A DNA stretch of 64,000 nt. Origin: Antedon mediterranea. Lineage: Eukaryota > Animalia > Echinodermata. Numbering within the stretch: the first letter of the stretch is position 1; every line of letters begins with the position of its first letter. The stretch is taken from the NCBI RefSeq assembly GCF_964355755.1, contig NC_092670.1, positions 29,810,388-29,874,387 of the forward strand. The letters run 5' to 3'. The notes beneath the pieces are model-generated. The model worked only from the letters and a program-made list of their open reading frames with translations, ran no database searches and had not been told where the DNA came from. Positions 1-11,700 of the stretch are shown here, one piece after another. Both the position numbers and the translations under genes were made by a program.

Positions 1-119
1 CAATTACAAATCGACCATTAGAATGCAAGTATATGATAATTAGTTGACCATTTTTGCAATTAATGGTTTTGTAATTTACATTAAATGCTATTTTTTTCTA
101 GTTCATTATTGCTATTTGC

Positions 120-123
<4 letters not shown>

Positions 124-152
<29 letters not shown>

Positions 153-176
153 TATATAATAATAATAATATAATAA
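124..176 (+). repeat. (AAT)n microsatellite, interrupted
   Basis: Directly visible. Confidence 0.85.
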
Positions 177-3100
177 TTTTATATTCCTAGAGCCTGATTT
201 CTTCATCATATCCACTTTAAAATGTGAGGGAGGGACTTCCATACAGTAGCTCCTCGACTACCACCTTTCCACATATCCAGCCCTGATTCTTTACTTAAAA
301 TAGTGAATGTTGATGCAAATTGAAGACATTTTCACTTGAAGAAATAGCTCACAAGAATCAGAAATACAAAACTGACATACACTTGTATAAAATGTACCTA
401 AAAAAGACTGAAAACTTGTCAAAACATAAAAGCGTTTAAAGTATAGTGGATTACACATTACAAAGATTTACAAAGAAGATCAGAGTTTTTTTAAATTAAG
501 GTCAAGAAAAGTGGATTGTAGTAAAATATTAATAGGGCTGAACTCAACATCACTCTAGAATCACCTGAAGATAGCTGAGACCATGGAGGAACCTTCATGC
601 TGAGACCAACAACAAAAGTTTCTGCATCTTTACCTATACCAAAAAGACCTACCGTATTGTTTGTGAATGATTTCATTTCTTATTTTCAATATCTCACATA
701 AGAGCAGATGAATGTAGCACATTGGCATGTATTTAACTAATAAAAATAATTCATACTGTAGAGAAAGGTATGATTGAGACATTGAGGCCCATAATGGGTC
801 AGTTCTCACCTGAGAGTACATGCTCTTATCCAGCTTGTTTGATTTAATTTCATGCATCAGTTACCTTTCTCTTCCATCTAGAAATAGCTAATTTCAGCTC
901 TTTGGTCACTGAGCATATTATATTATGAACACCCAATGATCATCAGAATGACAGAATATACCAATAAAACATTTGAATTGAAAAATGATGGTGTTTATGT
1001 TTTGAACAATTCCAAAAATGTGTTCAGATGACTTCTCTTACTGCCAAACTGTGCCTGTGTTTTCAATTAATGTATGAACTATGAATGAAGGGAAATAGAA
1101 TGTATTTATTTATATGCAACATAAGATGAGACCTTTTTTCGCTATCTAATATTTTGTTGCAGCAGAAATGGTGCTAAAAAGAATATTATTTAAGCCAAAA
1201 TTATGTGAAAGGATTTAATTTGTTTTAATTAACTCCATTTAATACATACAGTATGTGACAAGGTGATAAGTTAAAATTTAATTTTAGTTAGTTCTGTGCT
1301 TATAATGCTTGATTTAAACTAATTCGTATTTCAACAGATTTAAAAGTATATTAAATAAAAACATTGAGTGAAAGATATCCTAATCTGATAGATATATTAA
1401 ATGGATCAATAGTAAATACAGTGAGAAAACTCGCGTATTATTGAATTTCATATTGCTTCTAGCCATGGATGTATGGTATTTAGATCCTAATAGAATTGAC
1501 CAATTAGTCATTCATCCCCCCACCCACCTGCCCCATTGACTCACCAACTTCCTAATGATAACAACCATGATGAATTATAAACAATACAGGGATGAGTAAT
1601 TTTATGATGAGATATAATTGCAACACAAAGGTTGTTCGTTGATGGAGTTTCATATTTTAATTAGAACATTAACAGTGAACATATGTTCTGGAAAATGTGC
1701 AATAGATGATTATGATTAATATGTCATTTGTATATGGTAAATATTGTCTGGCCATCTGTGTACCTAAAATAGACTGGACATGTATTTAGATTTTGAATTT
1801 TATAATATTCCATAACTCGACTCCATAAAAATGGAAATGAAATCCTGTTAAATTTAAATAACATATTCGTTAATAAATTTAACAGTGCCTATTATAACTA
1901 ATTATAACAGTAAAACCACTATAGGATACCTTCAGGACCAAACAAAGTGTCCCCATTAATAATAGCATATTGTATTTAATTTCTAAAATGGTTATAAAAT
2001 GTTTGGAATACATTGATTTTGATGCCTTTGTTGGCTAATCAAGTTTGTTGATAGCGTGATTGGTTTTTAAACTGTTGAATGTGTGAAATCTTTTTTGATT
2101 GAACTGTGAAATTTGTATTTAGAACATGCTAATTTCTCGTTTATTCAGGAAATCATCAATTTATAACAAAAGGCCATTGTTCTTCATTCATTGTGTTCTA
2201 ATATATTCTGTATAATTTGTATTTTAAAAAACCCCAAACTTTGTAACCCAAATGCTGTGTCCCGTGTACTGGATTTGAAGAACAGTAAACACTTGCTGGT
2301 TATGATAACGATATTTTCGTACCTGAAAATTGCTCCTGAAAGCGTGTATGCACAGGAAAAAAGTGAACAAAAGTATGATCTTTATCGCTTTATCATTTGC
2401 ACACTTGCCTTAGTAAAATGTAGCATATTCCATTTGGTAAGTATTTTAGAAATAATTGTATAGTGTTGATAGATCTCACTATGTTTAATCCACATGTAAT
2501 TTGTATCCAATTATTGGCAACATATTTTTGGAGTTCATGCATAATTTTCCTTTCTAACCTTTGGCATGGATAATCGTAATTTTGAAGTATCTAGAATGCA
2601 TCATAACTTCACATCATAGATTTTGTTCCTAAAAGTCCTTCAATTATTCATGCGATGGGTTCAATTTTACACATCTATTTCATGCCTACTTTTGATTAGT
2701 CCTCTCTGAAGTGGGAGAACTATACAGTAAAAAAAAATAAAATAAAATAACAAAAATAGTTTAAACTTGACATTGGACAGTCCTATCATGGGGACATAAC
2801 CATTTGATTTTTATTCTAAACAAGATATTTCTTGCACAATGGTAATTGTTCCATAGTACCTAGTAAAAACAATTAAAATTTAGAAATATGTAAAAAGTAT
2901 GAACTAGGTTGCCACTATAGGTAGAACCATTTCCTTTCCTAGAAGTACCACACACATGTATTTACATTTGCATTGCACTTTATTTAGTAATTTACAGTGT
3001 ATAAATCTGTACTATTCACCATATTTTGGATTACTTCCTCATTTTCATACATTATATTGTGGTTTAAACTGTATTTTCTGACTTTAGAATGAATTTATTC

Positions 3101-3677
3101 AAGAAAATCTAAAAACCTAGTGGCCATACGAAATAATCTATATCAGAGAAGATTAACAGATGTGAACTTTGAATTAAAATGTTATTCCTAGAAGTAAAGT
3201 ACTTATTTAAGTAAGAACTTATTTAAGTTTATTATGGACATTGAAACATGATTGGACAATTTTAGGAAAATCATTTTAAAATATACAATTACTTAAAACA
3301 TGTACTCGCATACAAGAAAAATACATGGAAGATTTTAAAGGCCAGGTGCGGGCAAAAAATTTCTATTGATCATACATTCCAATAATTATCGATCTATAGT
3401 TTCCCCTATGTTTCATAATTTTTGGGATTTTATTTGTGTTACACAAGCTTGTTGAAAATAAGCACTTTCTTATCAGTGGGGGGATAGTTCAAATTACACA
3501 GTAAAATCTGTATTCTTTTGTACACAAATTTTGTAAATAGAGAGGCATTTTAAAAAGCTACGAAAAATAAACAGTGTGGTAAAAAATTTTATCAGATGAC
3601 TAAGTATAGGTAATATAACTTGAATATTACATTTCTGGAATTTTTATTCAACTTCAAATTTTAATTTTCATGCTATA

Positions 3678-3872
3678 CAGGGCTCGCAGAATCCTAAAAT
3701 ATTAAATTATTATTTTCATTGTTACAGTATTTCACAACCCCTGTAAAACATCGTGGACATTTTCGGTGATTTTAAGAGGTTGCCCGTCGGGACATGACAT
3801 GTTAAATTTTAGTTGCCCGACGTATTTATTTGGTTGCCGCGGGACGTCGGGCAAGCGATTCTGCGAGCCCTG
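3678..3872. mobile_element. 195-bp MITE, hAT-like CAG termini with 5-bp TSD
   Basis: Perfect 16-bp TIR CAGGGCTCGCAGAATC, flanked by CTATA on both sides. Confidence 0.75.
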
Positions 3873-4134
3873 CTATAGCAAAAATTATCCACCGTATATC
3901 CACCATCTTTTTTCACCTACTAGGGAGTCACAAGACATGTTATTACATTAGGTTAACTACCTAACTACTGGAAAAGGTTTTCCTGGTTTTTATGGAAGAA
4001 TTTTGCAAAATTTTGTATTTGGCCATATTAAGGGAAATTCATGTTTTTTTGTCTTGATTTCTGTTACAAATATTTGATTTATTTACAATTAACCAAATAT
4101 TATATTTAAAATTCATGCCTGTACCTGAGCTTTA

Positions 4135-4402
4135 ACTACCATTCACAGCTTAACATCCCAACTTATTTCATACTATACAGGACTTTAGTGTATCATACCC
4201 ATGGGTAATTTATATTATACAAACAATTAATGTTTATGATTTGAATGGTGAGAATATTTCATGAGTTGAAAAATTGACTGCTTTATTTTAACGAGGCGGA
4301 GCTGAGTTAAAATGATACACTAATGATTGATTCACTAATAATATTCTGGTAAGTCCTGTATAGGTATGAAATAAGTTGGGGTGTTGAGCTGTGAATGGTA
4401 GT
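4135..4402. repeat. ~50-bp inverted repeat pair, probable MITE remnant
   Basis: actaccattcacagct...tacaggactt pairs with aagtcctgta...agctgtgaatggtagt. Confidence 0.6.
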
Positions 4403-7400
4403 AATTTTCTATAAATGTATTTATTTTATTGAGCTGTGAATGGTAGTAATCTTCTACTTTTATCCATCATAACTCATTGATGAATGCTACAGGTAGGCCA
4501 TTAAAAAAGGCAGTGTTCCAACTTTAGACTCGCAGTAGAACAAATACAGTATTATGTTATATTTTTCAAATACAAAATTATTGTATATTATAGTACTTAC
4601 TAATAGATCTTTGGAATTAATGGGTGGGCTTATGTTTTGCGTGAAAATTAGTCAAAAGTTGAGGGTGGGCTGATACCCGAGTATGGGCTTATACCCGCTT
4701 CAGTACGGTACTAAAAACTGTAATTTTTAAAGGTCATACAATTGCCTATTGAGGGCGCAATTCATTGAATTCGTTCGTGGCTAAAAACGATTATTTTCAT
4801 AATTCTTCCTTTATGTTAATATTGATACAAAATATCAACAGGCAATGTACTGTATGCTATTAACTTTTAATGTTGCATCGTTACCCTAGCTAGGTTGTAG
4901 GCCTATATATTAATCATAATGCTCCTACCATGGACCAATAAATTAGATAGGTCCATGCTCTTACCCTGGAATATGTATATAGGCCTACATATACTGTAGT
5001 TTAGTTTATGATCACATTTTTGTACAGTAGGCCAGACTATATTTACACAAGTTTACTACTGATTGTTAAACAAAAATAATTGATATAATAAACCATTATA
5101 TAATATATAATATAACCATTATTATATAAAGAACACTGATTGTCAAAAAGTCGAGCGGCGTTTTTTGTAAGAAATATTTCTTGTTTGTATTGCAAAACTG
5201 TCTATCCTACTATCGACAAATGTAGTAGAGTAGTTTGTAATCCACTTCAAGAGATGAAACACACTTTTTATCCTTGGTCCATAATGATCAATTGTAAATA
5301 ATATAACCTTAGTTAGATTATAGATAATACATTATGCAAAATATCTTTTAATGGATTGATGTACATTTCTCATAGCAAACATTTATTACTTGATTACATT
5401 ATATCCGACTGTACTGTATATAATAACGAAAGGTTCATAAAATTAACTTTACAATGTTAAATAATACATGTAATGATTGTAGTCCAAACAATAAAGTATC
5501 ATTCCTACCTAGGCTTATTGTAATTCAATATTTAAAAACTACAGTAGAATCCCTATATTCTAGACCCTGAAAAATTGACTTGATTGAGTGTTCTACACAT
5601 TATTATCCCTCGTTTATTTCAAGGGAATGTGTCCCCTGAATAGCTGATACAGGGTATGTGCAAAAAGGGTTTTTTAAATATGTCTTTTTTGCTTGAGTTT
5701 GGATAATGACTATTTTTATAAAATTTGTCAACAGTTATTACCTTTAGTTATTATTAATTCTGATATGATTATCCTCCCACAAATATTGGAATCTCAAGAA
5801 TGTCAGTACACAGTCAACAGAAACCAATCTACAGGAGCAATACAATATAGGCTGCCCTCTACAGTAAATGATTGCAGTAAAACTGATTTAGGGGTCAAGA
5901 TGTGACCTTTGCGGTCTGTCAAGTGGCATTTACAAGCAATAGGAAATTGGTGATGTCATTGTTTAGATATAGCACATAATAACATACAAAAGATGTAACC
6001 AATGAAACAAGATTTAAGAAACAACTTTTTTAAGTTCAGTAAAGTATTATAAAACTTGAAGTACAGACTAGGAAAATTGAACCACTTGATTGATTTGGTT
6101 ATATTCAAATTAATAGACATATATTTTTCAATAAAGTACATACAAGAATTTGAGGATAATTGTTTATTACTCTCAGATGGAGGTTTTTAGATAAATAAAT
6201 AAAACATTCAGTGACAAAAAAAATAATAAATAAAACATTCAGTGACATATCATTATACTTTATATTTCCTAATGAATATTTTTATTTAGAAGAAATGCTT
6301 ATTATTGAATAACACTTTAGTTCGTCTAAGCAAAACAGTGAAGGAAAAAAAAGTTACATTAACCATGGAGAAATAACTTATTTCTCCATGCATTAACTGA
6401 ATGTCAGTTTTTCATATGCCACATTTACTTTTGTTTATTTTGAATAAACATTAATTAACAAATTAGTATAATTGATTAGTATATTGTTTATTCTGCTTAA
6501 CTTATTAACTTATATAATAGTATATCTTTTACAGCTAACATGTTTTCCTTCAGGAAGTTGATTGTAATGAAAGATATTTCCAGTGACCCACCCATGCAAA
6601 TTAACAATCAATTCACAATGGAAGAATGGTTAATTCAAGCATAGTATTTTTTAAATGGAAAACGGAAAGGGATGATCATTTCCATTTGCAATTATTAGTT
6701 TTAACTTCAAAGTTTCAAAATCATCTTGGCTTTGCTAATGTGTTGTTATTTAAATCATATTCATTTTTTGAAAGAAAACAGCCTTTGGTCAGAGTCTTAA
6801 TACGACTTGCAGGTTACCGTGACAGTTATTGAAATGAGTTGATGTTTTGCACATTTGGGATTGATATCACTTTGGTTCCTGCAAAACTTGTTGAAGATTG
6901 CACAGTTTGCTTGAGAAGCTGATTATTGATGACTGCAATCCAGAAATAAGTTGTTTTTGATTTGCTAATCTGATTTAGGAACAATATAATTCTTACAAAC
7001 CAATTCAGAGAGAGTGCTGAAGTATTTTATGTTTATATCTATGATTCAATTGGTAGTGAACACCATGTTCTACTGAAATGTCATCAAGTGTGCCTCGAGA
7101 TCAATTAATTTGTTTATACAATTAATTTTCTTGTTCTGATCCTTGCATATGACAAATCAGTTCATCCAAGGTCTTAAACCAATAGTGTATTTGATATCAT
7201 GGAAACCAATATATTAACATCCTAGAATATAGGGATTTTGTCAATTACTAGGTTAACTATTGTTTCTAAACGGAATCTTTTAAGTCAAGGAAACCAAAAG
7301 CTTGCATTGTCATTGGTCAAAAGCTATTAACAGATAAAGGTGTATGCTTATTATATTTTAACATGCCACTTTGTTGAGACTGGGATACTGGATCTATTCT

Positions 7401-8502
7401 TATTAGATTAACCACTGATGAAAGTGTACTCCAAGGACTGCTACACTAACCTGAAAGAAAACTGTATTGATTTTGTTCAATTAATTACAAATCTGTAGTT
7501 GTATCTCTGCATTCTGTGTACTGTATTACTATTAGTGCTTGGTTTGTCTGTTCACAGTTTGTGTAATATCAGTACCATTTCATTAGCGACTGTAATCTAT
7601 TTATTTTGGATACACATTTAAGAAGATTCCTTGAACGATGTTTTTAAAATTAGACATTAGCATTATTAACTTTATCTTATGTTGATATTGCTACTTGAAA
7701 CGTCATATACTTGATGACTAACATCCAAACGGGATGTGTTTTAGCATTAGTTTTCAGTAGGGCAAATTGTCCCATTGGATTTGATTTGAGTTTGATTGGA
7801 TTACACAATCAGGTGACCACTGCTCTGAAACCTACTACGACAGTAGCCAACCAGACTCGAAATTGTCAAGCGATTACTGTACTGTTCAGGTTTTATGGTA
7901 AAATCAATCAAGTTTGGGAAGTAAAGAAGAAAATCTAAATTGACATGAAAATTTCTACTTAATCGTTTAATGGATTACGTATATTAAAACGACGTTTTCC
8001 TGTCCGGACAAAACAGTGAGTTGTATCTGTCTGTTTTTCAGCGAGTAGATATATTTTCAATCATTTACGTTTGCAACCCAAAACAATCTGATAAAAATGG
8101 AAGCGAACAATTTCGGTTGAGTATTTGACTTCCTGTGTAGATTGTGACTGGTTAGTTGGTTAATTGAAGACATCCTCTGTTTACTGTTTATCCTTATTCA
8201 ATAGATACCTTTCTACTATTTTTGTCTGAGTGAATTTGGAAACTGTGAACAATACTTAACGACAGAAACTATTTGCAGTCATTATTTCAACTCAAATGGA
8301 TTTAATTTTATGGATTATTGTTGAATACTTGCTCTTTGTTTCTGTATTTCCTGTGTAGGGTGACATATACAGATTGTTGATCTTACAGGGAATTGGGGAG
8401 AACTTCCTTCCCTGTTTGGATTTGTAAATTTCTTTGCCATTTAACAGAATTATAGCATTAAATTTGCTGATTGTTCTTGTATATAAAAGGAATATATAAA
8501 CA

Positions 8503-8730
8503 ATGGGAACGAATCACAGCCGATCAGTCTCGACTCCCGCTACTACCGGTGAAAACAAGATGAGCCACGACTCCTCTATACCACGCCGCCGTGCATTTTC
8601 TGCACGCGGTAGACGGAAGAGTCGAGATCCAAACGTGGAACAAAAGACTCATAGTGTACATATTATTGAGAGTATTCCTTCTAAGGAGTTTTTATCCCGT
8701 AGACAGCAAATGGCAGCTTGGAATACACAT
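8503..8730 (+). CDS. FMNL: Candidate first coding exon of FMNL (MGTNHS...AAWNTH)
   Basis: ATG plus 76 open codons ending at a strong gtaagt donor (8731), phase 0, matching the next exon. MGxxxS myristoylation-type start. It lacks the usual PMP..ELE.RF motif. Confidence 0.6.
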
Positions 8731-11700
8731 GTAAGTAGGCAATGTGTGTCACAAGAAAGTTTGTGAATCTTGGTTTCCATTTAGAGCCAGTATGTCAAGT
8801 TCAAACTTTGTTGTGTTTTTAGTGTATTATTAGATTATGAGTTATTGATATTTGATCTAGATTGTTTTTAGACCCAAGTTTGGGAAGAGGTTTTGATGGA
8901 ACCCAGGTTCAAGGTCATCTACTATAATGTGCCTAGTTTACAGGCCCATGTGCCCAGTTTACTGTCCCCCTATGCCCAATTTACTGCCCATATGCCCAGT
9001 TTACAGGCCCCTATGCCCAATTTACTGCCCATAATGCCCAGTTTCCAGCAGGCCAGCAGGTGAGCCCAAGGGTTAATATTTCAAGGCATACGAAAAAAAA
9101 ACATTTTCAATTACTGATTACTAACTTTGTTATTGAAAAGGCCATTTTTAGGTTTATTTTCATCTGAAAATTTGGTGGATGATAAATCATCAATAAACTT
9201 AAGTCAAAGGTTATTTAAAATGTATAAAGACTATTAATTTAAAATTTATTATCCAATATAGTAGAAGTAAATGACATTTGTTAAAACCATGCAAAAATAC
9301 TATACAATTTGTAAAATATGTTAAAACCGGAAGTACATTTTAAAACACAGTGACAGAAATATAATTGCAGAATGGTGTGTCACAAGTGAAAATACACTCT
9401 ATATCTTGATAATATAATTTAATTGATTTGATACATCTTGTCAACATTGCCACTTATTCTCTCTATACATTATGATGCAATTATTGATTAAGTTAATTTC
9501 ACCAGCAGTATGGAAGGCCAATTAATTTCTATTTAGTTAACATGGGTGTTCTTTATAATGCTACCATTGTTGCAAGTTCAAATTGATGCTATAATAGTTT
9601 TCAGAGTTACATTAAATGGTTTTTTGCACTTCAGTTTAAAAAGTACATTAATAAATACTGTATCAATTACAGTGTTATGGATGCTATTTTAAGATGTTAC
9701 ATTCAGACCATATAGTCTAGATCATGTGGAAAGTTGAGAAAATTTTTTTTTTGATGCAGTCCTTAATATGACAGATAAGAAATTACATTGTTGTAGGGGC
9801 ATTGCACAGAACTTTTTAGGGTCCAGGCACCAAGGACAACCAAGAGTTAAAGTCACATTCTCTACGTTTTTTAGATCTAATTTAAGGTCACAAACTACAT
9901 TAATGTAAATATAAATACTATGGTGCTATTGAGATAACGTTTTTCGTCTTTAAACAGTTAAATATGTGAAAAATAAGTCGATTGTGATAATTTAAGAGGC
10001 CCGCTATAAATCCCAACATGCATTGCACGCGGATTGATATCTTCGTTTTTCATCTCACTTTTAGATCGAAAAAACAAATGGAAGACTCCTAACTTTTTAG
10101 TGAAAATACCGGGTTTCCTCCAATTTGTATCAACAGATTCTGGCAAAAAAAGAAAGACAATTATTGCAGCAACTATACAACGTCAGGCTAGGTATATAGC
10201 TAGCATACGATGTTTGTACGTTACCAATGTTTACCAGCTAGGCCTACAAAACCAAGCCGCGCTAGGGGCTAGGCTAGTGACAAAGATCGTCCACGAGAGG
10301 ACATTCACCGCGAGCTACTTAGCCTAGGTAGTGCATTCTCTTTTTATCACAATTTACCATAAAACGTACATTCAACACAAGGAATGACATGGTTTAATGT
10401 TTTTAAAGTAATATATATATGCATTATTTTTACAAAACGTCACAAATTGTAGGGAAGGCTCTTTAACCCCAGAAATAAGTTACCTATGATTATCATTTGG
10501 CTCCTTTTGGCCCAGGGCGAAATGTTATTACAAAGCTATATATTTATACATTTTACAATAAAACAATTGCTAAGCTTGGTAGCCAGTAAGTAGTTCATAA
10601 AACAAAATAACCTTGTTCAAATTGTTAACCTTGAGGACTTCTGTGTAATATTAACTTTTATTAGGTAACTTTTTATTTGCAAGTCATACACAAAGCATAC
10701 AGTAGATGTACATCTTATAATATAATTTCAGTGATTTTAGTAAAATCAAAGTCTATTTTTATATAAAAAGGTAATGTTTTATTTCCATTTTCAAACTTGT
10801 GAAGTGTGCAGACCAATGTAGTCTATTACGTGACTAGCTTACCTGGATGAACCAACATAGGCCTTTTCTCCTTCAAGGGGAGAACATAACCGAAAAGTAA
10901 CATTTTATCCATGAACTCCCCTCCAAGACAGTGGTATCGCCCATGCGCCACGCCCTCAGGTGGGCGGCAACGCCCCTGCATCTAGTCGATTCCAGACCTT
11001 GGTCCTCCCGCGCTCTCCCCTTCGCGGCTTCCGGGATCGGTGGGGAGAGTATTTTAATGCTTAAAGGTTATTATGTGGTTGTCCTAGATTGACATTCTAC
11101 ACTCAGCCAATGATAAATTAATAGTTTGAGATTCTCTAAAAATACCAAGTTTTGACTTTACGTACATATAATCCCATTAACAAAATGGTTTTGTAATCAT
11201 GTAAGGCCAACCCAAAGATGGTAACCATCAACAAGTATTTTAATATAATATTTTAGATTTATTTTATGTTTCTAATAAATAATTTTATATTTTTATTTAG
11301 GTACAAATGGACTTGCCTCCAGAAAAAGCAAAATTATTACGACAATATGATGATACAAAGAAATGGGATCTCATTTGTGATCAGGTAAAGGAATACATAT
11401 TTTTTAGTATACAATGAAGTTTTTTGGGGGTTTCTGTGATTATAATGTATTACTGTAAAACCTGGCCAGTCTAAAGCATATACCAATGGAGCTCCAATAA
11501 AACTTATATACCATATTGTTCCTAATAAACTCCCCCGGTGTGTTGCATTTTTTAAAAAGGGGCCTTTGTTAGGGGTGAAATGTAAAAATCATAAATAGAG
11601 CCTAGCCTAGCCCTACAGTAGGCCTATATGAGGCCCAGGCTACCCTAAACAAGTTGCTTGCTCCGACGGTCAATCACGGTTTTTTTGGGTGTGCAACAAA

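Noticed and set aside
491-857. Minus-strand ORFs vaguely like decayed reverse transcriptase
   Set aside because: No intact diagnostic motif; too degenerate to call.
1-8400. Short 60-90 aa ORFs in the supplied track, here and in other introns
   Set aside because: They have AT-rich low-complexity composition, no motifs, and no consistent splice structure.
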